A stretch of DNA of 64,000 nucleotides from contig JAGVJK010000006.1 of the NCBI GenBank assembly GCA_020051155.1, positions 24,719-88,718 of the forward strand, read 5' to 3'. Both the position numbers and the translations under genes were made by a program. Origin of the DNA: Gammaproteobacteria bacterium. GTDB taxonomy: Bacteria > Pseudomonadota > Gammaproteobacteria > UBA1113. Each line of letters begins with the position of its first letter. The stretch's first letter is position 1. Below the pieces are notes generated by a model. That model had not been told where the DNA came from. It saw nothing but the letters and a program-made list of their open reading frames with translations, and ran no database searches. Shown in pieces: positions 49,809 to 59,698 of this stretch.

Positions 49809-50948
49809 ATGAAAATTCTTTGTGCCGAATCTGTGTTAAATGCTACTCACTTATTTAGCACCTTAGGTGACGTGCAAGTGTTACCTGATAACAAGATCAA
49901 TTCAGAGGCGTTGTGCGGCACGGATGTTTTGATCATTCGTTCAGGCACGCTCGTGAATGAAACGTTATTAGCGCATACTCATTTGCGAGTGGTTGCCACA
50001 GCGACGGCGGGTATTGATCATCTTGATCTGCAAGCGTTGCAACAGCGTCATATTCAAGTATTTCAAGCGGCAGGCAGCAATGCAGCGAGCGTTGCTGAAT
50101 ATGTGGTACATGGGTTGATGGCTTTTTCCAAAGAACGACATTGGCCTTTAACGGGCAAAACCATTGGTTTGATTGGTTATGGTGCGGTAGGCCAATGTTT
50201 AAAGCATTATTTGATAGCGTTGGGCTTACAAGTGATTGCCTATGATCCTCTCTTGGCGCAACAGACATCATCGCTTGTCAGTTTGTCACAACTGCAACAG
50301 CAAGCAGACATTATTAGTTTACATTGTCCTTTAGTGAAAGAAGGCGAATATCCTACCTATCATTTATTAAATGCGGAATTTTTTGCAGCGCTTAAGCCAG
50401 GAGTCTTGTTAATCAATACAGCACGAGGTGCGGTGGTGGACACCGCTGCGCTATTAACAGCTATAGAGCAAGGACAAATTTGCGATGCGCTGATCGATGT
50501 GTGGGAAGGCGAGCCGTTGTGGTCTTTACCGTTAATGGAAAAAGTATTTTTAGCAACACCGCATATCGCAGGTTATTCTTATACAGGTCGCTTAAAGGGA
50601 AGTTATGATATTTATCAACAATTATGTGCCTATCTACAACAACCCATTACGATCACATGGCAGCAATTACATGAACAACAGCAGCGCACAATTAATATTG
50701 AGTCAATGACCGGCGAGCGAAGCGATATGCAATGGTCACTCTTAAAAAAAACCTATGACCCACGACAGGATGATATTGCTTTACGCGCCTTAGTCCCTTT
50801 ATCGACAGAAAAGCGTGCACAGGCATTTAAAGCATTACGACAACAGTATCCATCTCGTTATGAACACAGTGATTATGCTATTCATTTAGCAACAGCAGAT
50901 GCGTCTTTAACACAATGGCTGCAAGCCATGGCTTTTAAGGTGAAATAA
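49809..50948 (+). CDS. pdxB: Erythronate-4-phosphate dehydrogenase
   Basis: TATAGIDH, AGSNA.SVAEYV, GYGAVG, SLHCPL...YPTYHL, DVWEGEP, TPHIAGYS, C-terminal F..LR..YP.R.E. Confidence 0.88.
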   Translation: MKILCAESVLNATHLFSTLGDVQVLPDNKINSEALCGTDVLIIRSGTLVNETLLAHTHLRVVATATAGIDHLDLQALQQRHIQVFQAAGSNAASVAEYVVHGLMAFSKERHWPLTGKTIGLIGYGAVGQCLKHYLIALGLQVIAYDPLLAQQTSSLVSLSQLQQQADIISLHCPLVKEGEYPTYHLLNAEFFAALKPGVLLINTARGAVVDTAALLTAIEQGQICDALIDVWEGEPLWSLPLMEKVFLATPHIAGYSYTGRLKGSYDIYQQLCAYLQQPITITWQQLHEQQQRTINIESMTGERSDMQWSLLKKTYDPRQDDIALRALVPLSTEKRAQAFKALRQQYPSRYEHSDYAIHLATADASLTQWLQAMAFKVK

Positions 50949-50949
50949 G

Positions 50950-52206
50950 ATGACAGATATTCAACAAACAACAAAGGCTTCCTCAGATCTGCCGCCACAT
51001 TATGATATTGCAATTGTAGGCGGTGGGTTAGCGGGTGCGAGCATGGCGCTGGCGCTTGCACCGTTGCCATTATCCATTGCGCTCATTGATAGTGTTTCTG
51101 CGATGGAACAAGTTCAAGCTAATTATGATGCACGCTCTGTGGCTCTAGCCCATAGCTCTTGCCAAATTTATCAAGCACTAAAAGTATTGCCTGCCATTCA
51201 ACAGCAGGGTGAAGCGATTACCAAGGTGCATGTCTCGGAGCAAGGGCAATTTGGTTTTACTCGAATCGATGCGAGTGAATTAGGGTTGTCGGCATTAGGT
51301 TATGTCATCGAAATTCCACAATTATTATTTATTTTATCGCAAGCCTTAGCTTCTGCATCGAATGTGACGCGCATCGCACCTGCAACGGTTGCTTCCGTAG
51401 CGCAAGTGACGCCGCATCAACAGCAATTGCAATTTACCGATCACACACCGTTAACTGCCAGTTTAGTGATTGCAGCGGATGGCGTGCATTCACCGTTGCG
51501 ACAACAATTAGGATGGCCGGTGAAGCAAGTGGATTATCATCAACATGCCTTTGTGGCCAATCTCACGTTGAACCGCCCGCACAACAATGTCGCGTATGAA
51601 CGGTTTACACCGCAAGGTCCCTTAGCATTATTGCCACTGCACGAAAAAATGATGACCTTGGTGTGCACTGTACCGACAGAGCAATTAGCCTTTATGCGAG
51701 GATTGCCTGATAAAGAGTTCTTAGCGTTTTTGCGCCAACAATTAGGTTATCGTGTTGGACGTTTCGAAAAAATCGGCCAGCGCACAACATTTCCATTACA
51801 ATTATTACAAGCGACACAACAATATCAACCAGGAATTGTAGCATTGGGCAATGCGGCGCATAATTTACATCCCATTGCGGCGCAAGGATTTAATTTAGGA
51901 TTACGTGATGTGGCGTGTTTAGCGCAAGTCTTAATAACGGCTTGTCAAAAACAACAAGCGATATCCGACGAAACCTTGTTGCAAGAGTATTGGCAATTAC
52001 GACAAAAGGATCAGCAAAAAACTATTCGCTTTTCTCATGGATTAGTGTCGTTATTCATGACGGAGTTTCCAGGCATTCGCTTTGCGCGTAATGTCGGGAT
52101 GCTAGGACTTGATATGTTACCGATGGGTAAACCTTGGTTTGCTCGTTATGGAATGGGCTCAGCGGGATATGCGCAACGATTAGCAAGAGGAATTAGCGAT
52201 GAATAA
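50950..52206 (+). CDS. ubiH: 2-octaprenyl-6-methoxyphenol hydroxylase
   Basis: GGGLAG, YDARSVAL, AYERFT..GPLALLP, GNAAH.LHPIAAQGFNLGLRD. Confidence 0.88.
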   Translation: MTDIQQTTKASSDLPPHYDIAIVGGGLAGASMALALAPLPLSIALIDSVSAMEQVQANYDARSVALAHSSCQIYQALKVLPAIQQQGEAITKVHVSEQGQFGFTRIDASELGLSALGYVIEIPQLLFILSQALASASNVTRIAPATVASVAQVTPHQQQLQFTDHTPLTASLVIAADGVHSPLRQQLGWPVKQVDYHQHAFVANLTLNRPHNNVAYERFTPQGPLALLPLHEKMMTLVCTVPTEQLAFMRGLPDKEFLAFLRQQLGYRVGRFEKIGQRTTFPLQLLQATQQYQPGIVALGNAAHNLHPIAAQGFNLGLRDVACLAQVLITACQKQQAISDETLLQEYWQLRQKDQQKTIRFSHGLVSLFMTEFPGIRFARNVGMLGLDMLPMGKPWFARYGMGSAGYAQRLARGISDE

Positions 52207-53386
52207 GCAATATGATGTCATTGTCATTGGTGCTGGCATGGTGGGTTTAACCGTTGCAAATTGTCTTGCTAATACCGAGTTAGAAATTTTAGTGCTAGAT
52301 CATCATCCCTTACTTTCTGGTTGGCAATTACCAGAGGTAGCTGGTCGAGTTAGTGCGATCAATTGTCGCAGTCAAGATATTTTTATAGAATGTGGCGCGT
52401 GGCAGCGCATGACCGCATTACGTGTGAGTCCCTATCAACACATGCACGTTTGGGATTCAGAAGGCACAGGCGTGATTGATTTTGATAGTGCGCAAATGGA
52501 TCAAGCAGAGTTAGGACACATTATCGAAAACGATGTACTTACCACCGCGTTGCAGCAAAATTTAAAAGACTGTAAACATGTGACGTTGTTAGCGCCCGTT
52601 CAATTGCAAGAGATGCGACGACATGGCGTCGGTATGGAGTTGATTACATCGGCAGGTTCTTTTCATGCGCCTTTATTGATTGGAGCGGATGGTGCACATT
52701 CATGGTTGCGACAACAATGTCACATTGAGTTGACACAACAATCCTATGAGCATAAAGCCATCGTTGCGACAGTAACAACCGAGAAACCTCATCAACAAAC
52801 AGCATGGCAGCGGTTTTTGCCGACGGGACCTTTAGCTTTTTTGCCGTTGTCGGATCCTCATCAATGTTCCATTGTGTGGTCGAGTGTGCCGCAAAAGGCT
52901 GACTTTCTTATGGAGCAAGAAGATGAAAGTTTCAAAACACTATTAGCAACGGCGTTTGATCATCAGTTAGGCAAGATGGTTGCGGTAGGTCCGCGTGCTT
53001 GTTATCCCTTACACATGCGACATGCCAAAGACTATACCCAGGAAGGCATCGCTTTAATTGGTGATGCAGCTCATACGATTCATCCCTTAGCAGGTCAAGG
53101 TGTTAATTTGGGAATTGCAGATGCTCATGAATTAGCAACGGTGATCCGCGACGCCTTAGCTCGACGACAACGATATGGTAAGCATGCCATCTTGCGCCGC
53201 TATGAACGCGCTCGCAAAGCAGAGACTAGTGCGATGATTTTAACCATGGCAGGTTTTAAAGAATTGTTCGCCAGTGAAAACACTTGGGTGACACGGTTAC
53301 GCAATCAAGGATTATCTTTGGTGAATCGATGCACACCGGTGAAGTCACTCATTATGCGACAAGCCATGGGTAAATTGATGAAATAA
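52199..53386 (+). CDS. ubiI: UbiI/VisC-type FAD monooxygenase
   Basis: GAGMVG, RVSAIN, LGHIIEN, AWQRFLPTGPLAFLP, GDAAHTIHPLAGQGVNLG; follows ubiH. Confidence 0.8.
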   Translation: MNKQYDVIVIGAGMVGLTVANCLANTELEILVLDHHPLLSGWQLPEVAGRVSAINCRSQDIFIECGAWQRMTALRVSPYQHMHVWDSEGTGVIDFDSAQMDQAELGHIIENDVLTTALQQNLKDCKHVTLLAPVQLQEMRRHGVGMELITSAGSFHAPLLIGADGAHSWLRQQCHIELTQQSYEHKAIVATVTTEKPHQQTAWQRFLPTGPLAFLPLSDPHQCSIVWSSVPQKADFLMEQEDESFKTLLATAFDHQLGKMVAVGPRACYPLHMRHAKDYTQEGIALIGDAAHTIHPLAGQGVNLGIADAHELATVIRDALARRQRYGKHAILRRYERARKAETSAMILTMAGFKELFASENTWVTRLRNQGLSLVNRCTPVKSLIMRQAMGKLMK

Positions 53387-53518
53387 CAAATTTTAAGATC
53401 CATTGCTTGACATCTTGGCCCACTCCAGTAAACTGCTAATTTTTAACGCAAAATACCGTTTGTCCTCATTATTTTGAGAGGCAGTTTTTATTTTAAGAAT
53501 GAAGAATAAGGAAGTAAC

Positions 53519-54736
53519 ATGGGAAAATTAATCGGTGGCATTCTGTTAGTTGTGGGAACGTCCATTGGTGCTGGGATTTTAGCATTGCCAGCGGCAGTGG
53601 CCACAAGTGGTTTTCTCACATCTTCCATCGTTTTATTTTTCATTTGGGCGTTAATGACATTTAATGCTCTGTTATTGCTAGAGGTGAACCTATGGTTACC
53701 TGAAAATAGCAATATGATTTCCATGGCGCGATCGACCCTCGGAATTTGGGGGCAATTGGTGGCTTGGCTGAGTTATCTTTTACTACTCTATGCGCTTTTA
53801 GCGGCTTATATTTCCGGTGGTGCAGATGTTTTACACGGCTTGCTGCATCTTGTTGGTGTTAGGCATCATATGCCATGGCTGTACGCTGTGGTCTTTACGG
53901 GTATTCTCGGATATGTGGTGTATCTTGGTACAAGATCCATCGACTATGTCAATCGGTTATTAATGCTATTCAAGCTAGCTTCTTTTGCTATTTTAGTAGG
54001 CTTGGTATTGGATCGCGTGAAGTTACCTCACCTGCAAGAAGGCACGCCGCATTATATTTTGGCATCGTTGATGTTGATGGTGACCTCCTTTGGTTTTGCT
54101 ACCATTCTTCCGAGCTTGCGTTCTTACTTTCATAGCGATGTAAAAAAATTACGAATCGTCGTGTTAGTGGGTAGTTTCATCCCATTAGTTTGTTACATTC
54201 TGTGGGATATGGCGATTTTGGGTTCGTTGCCGGTGGATGGTGTACATGGTTTGAAACATACCTATGCGTCTGGTCACGTGACTAGCGTGTTGATGATACA
54301 TATTGCGCGCTTTATACATAACTCTTGGGTAACAGATTTGTCTCGTATCTTTACATCCATTTGTGTCGCAACCTCTTTCCTCGGCGTGGCGATGAGTTTA
54401 TCGGACTTCTTTGCCGATGGCTTACGTACGGCGAAAGTAGGTTGGGGTGGTGCTTTAGTCTATAGTTGCACATTTATACCACCGTTAGTGTTAGTAATTT
54501 TTACTCCTGGCTTGTTCGTACATGCTCTCGGTTATGCAGGAACTTTCTGTCTTATTCTATTAGCTTTGTTGCCAACCTTGATGGTGTTGCGAGGTCGCTA
54601 TTCTAAGCATCTCAATGTAGCGGAAGGTGCTTATCAAGTGATGGGCGGCAAAAGCGCATTGATCGTGTCACTGGTAGTAACCGTTGTACTTCTCATCATC
54701 GGGCTGTACGATGAAGTGCTATGGATTTTCCATTAA
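53519..54736 (+). CDS. Aromatic amino-acid permease (TyrP/Mtr family)
   Basis: GGILLVVGTSIGAGILALP, LLLEVN, TSFGF..ILPSL, TSFLGV..SL.DF, ALGYAG. Confidence 0.88.
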   Translation: MGKLIGGILLVVGTSIGAGILALPAAVATSGFLTSSIVLFFIWALMTFNALLLLEVNLWLPENSNMISMARSTLGIWGQLVAWLSYLLLLYALLAAYISGGADVLHGLLHLVGVRHHMPWLYAVVFTGILGYVVYLGTRSIDYVNRLLMLFKLASFAILVGLVLDRVKLPHLQEGTPHYILASLMLMVTSFGFATILPSLRSYFHSDVKKLRIVVLVGSFIPLVCYILWDMAILGSLPVDGVHGLKHTYASGHVTSVLMIHIARFIHNSWVTDLSRIFTSICVATSFLGVAMSLSDFFADGLRTAKVGWGGALVYSCTFIPPLVLVIFTPGLFVHALGYAGTFCLILLALLPTLMVLRGRYSKHLNVAEGAYQVMGGKSALIVSLVVTVVLLIIGLYDEVLWIFH

Positions 54737-54742
54737 CCGATC

Positions 54743-56065
54743 TCAACTCTTGCTAAGCGGCGGCATATTTACGGGGGAGGGACGTCTTCCCCCAGTGTGT
54801 GTAGCGGTATCTGGATAGGTGTGGTTTAGCTTATTAGCGGATGGTACATTGATGGATTCATGCATCACCGGTAGCTGTTCACCATTAAACACACGCGTCA
54901 CGTCTTGCATAATAAAATAGGTTGCAGTAGCGCCTTTTGCGGTTTGACGTGCTAACACAATCCCTTGTTGCTGTAAGGTTTTCGCAACGACATTAATGTT
55001 GGCAGTGATTTTCATATCTCGCATAAATTGTTGTATGACATCACCACGAATAAATAAGGCACGTTCGTTAACGATCAATTCGGCGTTAGCACTGTTGATA
55101 CGTAGATTCGTATTTTTCAAAGCGTTGACTCGCAGCCAGTTGGTGAGCAGCGCCGCTAACTTGCCATCGTTCAATTGATTGATTAATTGTCGTTCCGTAA
55201 TATCAGAGCCGGGGGTAAGCCCAGCAAAACTAGCGAGTCTCGCATTAATGAGTTCTTGTTTGGTGAGGCCGGAAGCTTTATCAGCTACGCTGTTTTCCAT
55301 AGATTGTAAGAACTCTGCCATATCTTTTTCAATGGAGTCCAAGGTGTTTACACCAGCTGCGGTTTGCGCAATCAAGGCCGCACTTTGCATTAAATCTTTC
55401 TGTGCGGGCAGAATAAAGCGAGATAAGAGTTCACCATGCTTTTCATCATTTTGTAAAATAGCCAACCAGTAACCAAAAATATCAGTATCACTGGCTAACC
55501 AATTAAATCCTTGTTCTGGCATTAAGACTCTCGCTACTAATGGCGTTGCCCGAGCAGCGAGTGCATCGCGACGCTCAGAATCTAAAGCATAACGATAGTG
55601 GGTGTAAGGGAGGTTGGTCATAGGGCCAGAAACAGGTAACCAGCGTTCACTATCATTTCCACGTTTATCGCAGAGATACACAATATAAGTTGCAGTGAGT
55701 TGACCGAGCCCATAAAATAATCCCGCCGTAAACAGGGCGTAAGTATATAAGGCCCACTTGGGATCCATATCCTCTGGCGTGGTGCCTTTTAGAGGAATTT
55801 CTTTGCGATATAAGACTAAGGCTCGCAAGGAGCGCTCAATCCCAAGTTCAAGCAAGCCGCGATTGAAGGTATAACCGCTGACTTGGCTGGCAGGTAATTC
55901 TTGCACATAGGCGGCATAAGCTTCCAAGGTGCTGGCATAAAGTAATGGATAATGCTCTGCAGGAACATTCGCTAATTTTTGAATTTGCCCCAATAAACGT
56001 TGAATTTGTTTATTTTGCAGTAACGCTTCACCAGTTTGTAAGGCAAAAGGCGTTTGATTCAGCAT
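54743..56065 (-). CDS. TraI_2/MobH relaxase-domain protein, catalytic residues degenerate
   Basis: LY...L..YAAYVQELPAS..GLL..G.E....AL, YALFTAGL...LG, W.P..GPM, A..LMP..G..WL pattern of MobH; start placed at MLNQTP. Confidence 0.65.
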   Translation of the reverse strand: MLNQTPFALQTGEALLQNKQIQRLLGQIQKLANVPAEHYPLLYASTLEAYAAYVQELPASQVSGYTFNRGLLELGIERSLRALVLYRKEIPLKGTTPEDMDPKWALYTYALFTAGLFYGLGQLTATYIVYLCDKRGNDSERWLPVSGPMTNLPYTHYRYALDSERRDALAARATPLVARVLMPEQGFNWLASDTDIFGYWLAILQNDEKHGELLSRFILPAQKDLMQSAALIAQTAAGVNTLDSIEKDMAEFLQSMENSVADKASGLTKQELINARLASFAGLTPGSDITERQLINQLNDGKLAALLTNWLRVNALKNTNLRINSANAELIVNERALFIRGDVIQQFMRDMKITANINVVAKTLQQQGIVLARQTAKGATATYFIMQDVTRVFNGEQLPVMHESINVPSANKLNHTYPDTATHTGGRRPSPVNMPPLSKS

Positions 56066-56283
56066 GAATGAATTCCGAGGAACGGGGGTTGTGGCACGGC
56101 CTGTGGTCATATGAGTAAAATTCCCTGCAGTTCTATATTGGACACCGATTGTACACACTTTATCAATAAAATGGAAATAAAAACAAGAGCCAACGAGAAA
56201 CTTAGTACAGAATGGTTATTATTGCATGTTCATTAACAAGCAAAATAGCTCATATAGCTGATAATTCCGCACTTTTGATGTTC

Positions 56284-58143
56284 TTATTTTTGAGTGTTTT
56301 TTTGCGTGGGGTATAATGTTTTTAGCGTGTCAATGAGTTCAGAGGGAGCGTAGGCGGCATGCCAGAAGGATAAATAAATCTCCTGGGGTAACATCAAAAT
56401 CTGCGTTGCGCCTTTTGCTAGAATGGAGGCGCTTCGCGTCGTGCCAGATAGCACGCTGTTACTACCAATAATGCTATAGGCGGGAATTTTAAAAGAGGCA
56501 TAGCCGCCTAAGGGCATTTCAAGCAATCCTGGGGATAAGGGGATATAAACGAAACCAGGCGGTGAGTCGGCCTCTAAAAGAATTTCACCGGCAAGCAAAT
56601 GAATCAGTCGCACATCATTAAAAGCATGAGATAACTTCACATTATCAACTTTGAAACCTTTTTTACTAACTTGTTGGATGAGTTTTCTTTTCTGTGGCAA
56701 AGACCAATCCAGCATCTTCCCGTTTAGATAGCGTTGTTTTTCTATAAGTGGAATATGATGCAGGGGGGTGCGATATTTTATTCGATGTTTTAACTCAGGC
56801 TTCGTCTTTTTAATTTCCCCCGCAATCAGTTGCGTGTAGTGCCAATTGTCGGGCGTATTTTCTAGAAAAATTTTGAGGGGATCCCGTTTTTTAATTTGTT
56901 CTTTCCCTCGATAATCTTTTGGTAACCGTAAGCTATCAACCACATCACCAATAATGTCACAAATGATCATGGCAACATGTTTTACAGAGTTATTGCAAGC
57001 TTCTATGGAGTGGAAAAAACCAGTGTAAAACGCAATAGAGAGATCACCAGCAGCGGTGTATTCACAACTTTTTATATTTGCTTCTCCAACAGCGTGAGCA
57101 TCATTATTTTCTAATAGAAACATTTGTTGCTGTTTATTGCTTAAGGCAAAGACGGAGTTACCAGTATATTGATTAACAAAAATTTGATAGCCACCAGAGG
57201 TTTTAAAACTAGTGCCGCGTTGACGAAAAGCATCAGCACAACGCAATGCACGCAACGTGTCTTTGATGTCGTCAATGAATTCTAATACGAAGGGGTCATT
57301 ACTCAGCAGCCAAGCAAAAGCCGAGTCAATATTATCACCATAAAGTTTCGTCAATGTTTTTTTGGTTTTTTCAGAGTATTTTTTTGGTTCAAGGGAAGAT
57401 AGAGATTTTTTTAATTCATTCATTTTTTTTGTGGTAATTCGAATCTCTTTTTTATCTTCAAGTGTTTTTAGTTGAGCGGTTAGAGTGTGTAATTGCTTAC
57501 GTTGATATAAGTAAAATAAATCGTATTGTAAAATTTCTAAAACATGCTGACGTAATTGATGGTTATCATTTAATTCTTCTATGGGGAAGGTGCTTTTACT
57601 GTGTGCGGGTACCAGCGCTAAACATTCACGTAAGATGGTCCTTGGATTACCCTGCAAGTGCCCCGTCTCATGGAGCTGAGTAATGCGCCACGCCAAGCCA
57701 CCACAGTTTTGCTCCCAAATCGTATCAAGATGTTTTTCAAGGTTGCGAGTGTATATTTCTTGCGCTGCAAATTGTGAGTGGGAAGCACGACCAAAGGTTG
57801 AAAAATGAATCATACCGATATCATGAAAATACGCACAAATAACACCAAACCCTTTCATCATAATAAATCGAAAAGCGGAGCGCGGTGCAATGTGCACACC
57901 GTGCATAGCATCCAAGGTTTTGATAATAAGTTGAGCAACATTGCGGACATGAATGACACCATGGTCAGAAAAAAGCGCAATGTGATCGCGAACATCAGTC
58001 ATAAATGCGTCATCATAGACAAGATTGTCCAAGGCTGATTGAGTATTTATCCGTTGATAATAGTTTTTTTCTATGTAATTTCTGACGGACTCTGCCAGAT
58101 AATAGTCAAGTAGTAAGTCCGTTTGTTGTGTTTTAGGGTCCAT
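56284..58143 (-). CDS. HD-domain phosphohydrolase fused to a C-terminal cNMP-binding domain
   Basis: DHGVIHVRNVA, YFHDIGM, HS, AHSKS, LRCADAF; C-terminal L.AGEILL....P.FVY..., G...V.....RSASI.A. Confidence 0.7.
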   Translation of the reverse strand: MDPKTQQTDLLLDYYLAESVRNYIEKNYYQRINTQSALDNLVYDDAFMTDVRDHIALFSDHGVIHVRNVAQLIIKTLDAMHGVHIAPRSAFRFIMMKGFGVICAYFHDIGMIHFSTFGRASHSQFAAQEIYTRNLEKHLDTIWEQNCGGLAWRITQLHETGHLQGNPRTILRECLALVPAHSKSTFPIEELNDNHQLRQHVLEILQYDLFYLYQRKQLHTLTAQLKTLEDKKEIRITTKKMNELKKSLSSLEPKKYSEKTKKTLTKLYGDNIDSAFAWLLSNDPFVLEFIDDIKDTLRALRCADAFRQRGTSFKTSGGYQIFVNQYTGNSVFALSNKQQQMFLLENNDAHAVGEANIKSCEYTAAGDLSIAFYTGFFHSIEACNNSVKHVAMIICDIIGDVVDSLRLPKDYRGKEQIKKRDPLKIFLENTPDNWHYTQLIAGEIKKTKPELKHRIKYRTPLHHIPLIEKQRYLNGKMLDWSLPQKRKLIQQVSKKGFKVDNVKLSHAFNDVRLIHLLAGEILLEADSPPGFVYIPLSPGLLEMPLGGYASFKIPAYSIIGSNSVLSGTTRSASILAKGATQILMLPQEIYLSFWHAAYAPSELIDTLKTLYPTQKNTQK

Positions 58144-58298
58144 GCTTCACCAGATCCTCTATACTCTTACCATTGAGCTTAGCAGCTCTTGCCGACAGTA
58201 TTAGTATAGGCAAATAATGTTTGCTATAATGCCGTCTGCTCATGTCTGGCACGCCTTAATTAATAGTGTGTTTAAAGTTTAAAGAGAGTTTTTATAAA

Positions 58299-58724
58299 AT
58301 GCATGATGTTATAACATTTTTTATGGATCACTGGCTTTTAGCGACAACATTTATCGTTGTGTTGCTTCTTTTGGCGGGAAATGAATTTTTCTCACAGCTC
58401 ATTGGAGGACGTAAATGTGTACCATCTAATGTCGCTTATTTAACGAATAAAGAGGGCGGTACGCTCATCGATTTACGTAACAAAACAGAATATCAACAAG
58501 GTTACATTGCCTCTGCTGTGAATGCTCCTTTTGCCGAGTTGACTGCGTTTTTTAGTAAAACAAAGCTTGCCAAAGATAAGCCAATTATTTTGGTGGACGC
58601 ACAGGGCGCGCAAAGCCAGAAGGCGAGCGCTCTATTTCGCAAACAAGGATTTACTCAAGTGTATTTTTTAGCAGGGGGTATTGCTGCTTGGCGACAAGAA
58701 TCTTATCCTTTGGTAAAAAAATAA
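58299..58724 (+). CDS. Rhodanese-like protein YibN
   Basis: N-terminal TM, IDLR...EY..GYI..AVN, LAGGIAAW....YP; upstream of grxC-secB-gpsA. Confidence 0.88.
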   Translation: MHDVITFFMDHWLLATTFIVVLLLLAGNEFFSQLIGGRKCVPSNVAYLTNKEGGTLIDLRNKTEYQQGYIASAVNAPFAELTAFFSKTKLAKDKPIILVDAQGAQSQKASALFRKQGFTQVYFLAGGIAAWRQESYPLVKK

Positions 58725-58735
58725 AATAGGGAGAT

Positions 58736-58996
58736 ATGAAGATGGCAGATGTTGTCATATACAGCACTCAAACCTGTACCTATTGTCACAGGGCAAAGCA
58801 ATTGCTGGAAATGAAAAAGATTCCTTACACAGAAATTATGATCGATGAAGATGATCAAAAAAAAGAAGAAATGATTAAAAAAAGCGGGCGTCGCACGGTG
58901 CCTCAGTTATTTATAAAGGGTGTTTCAATCGGTGGTTGTGATGATTTGTATGAATTAGATCGCACCGGGAAACTAGATGAAATGTTAGCAAGATAA
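58736..58996 (+). CDS. grxC: Glutaredoxin 3
   Basis: CTYC active site, TVPQLFI, IGGCDDL. Confidence 0.95.
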   Translation: MKMADVVIYSTQTCTYCHRAKQLLEMKKIPYTEIMIDEDDQKKEEMIKKSGRRTVPQLFIKGVSIGGCDDLYELDRTGKLDEMLAR

Positions 58997-59013
58997 TATT
59001 GAAGGAGTTGATA

Positions 59014-59523
59014 ATGGCTAAAAAAGATGACGAAGCAGCAAGTGCAGCACCAGAAGTAAAGAATGAATTAACCATTCAAAAAATCTATATGAAGGACTGC
59101 TCTTTCGAAGCGCCTAATGCCCCAGGTATTTTTCGCCTGGACTGGCAGCCCGAAGTTAATTTTGAATTAGCGTCTGACAGTTCTAAGATGGAAGGCGATG
59201 AAGGGTTGTATGAAGTGGTATTACGCATTACTGTTACTGCAAAAATTCAACAGAAAATTGCGTTTTTAATGGAAGTGCACCAAGCCGGTATCTTTACTGT
59301 TAAAGACTTCAATGAAGAACAAATGAAGTATATCTTCGGTAGCATTTGCCCATCTATTTTATTTCCCTATGCAAGAGAAACCATTGCTAGTGGCGTCAGC
59401 CATGGTGGTTTCCCGCAATTAAATTTAGCCCCCATTAATTTTGATGCAGTGTTTGCACAGCAAATGCAAAAGCAACAAGAGGAAGCTGAAAGTAAGCGCG
59501 CAGGGGATGCAGCGCTGAATTAA
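59014..59523 (+). CDS. secB: Protein-export chaperone
   Basis: IQKIYMKD.SFEAPNAP, EVHQAGIF, CPSILFPYARE, GGFPQLNLAPINFDA. Confidence 0.97.
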   Translation: MAKKDDEAASAAPEVKNELTIQKIYMKDCSFEAPNAPGIFRLDWQPEVNFELASDSSKMEGDEGLYEVVLRITVTAKIQQKIAFLMEVHQAGIFTVKDFNEEQMKYIFGSICPSILFPYARETIASGVSHGGFPQLNLAPINFDAVFAQQMQKQQEEAESKRAGDAALN

Positions 59524-59698
59524 TCAAAGCGATATGTGCTTTGATGATGGCGGGCGATGTGCGTGGTGAGATGCGCTTTGAATCCTAGGTTTTGAACAGT
59601 GCGAGATTGATGTCTCAAAGATTAATCTCGCACCAGGTGCAATGCAAATCTAGAGATTGAGTGGTATTGATAAGGTGGTGATAGTGGTAAAAGAGACG

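Noticed and set aside
54743-56158. Active ICE or conjugative element
   Set aside because: Relaxase histidines are missing and there is no T4SS, coupling protein or integrase nearby
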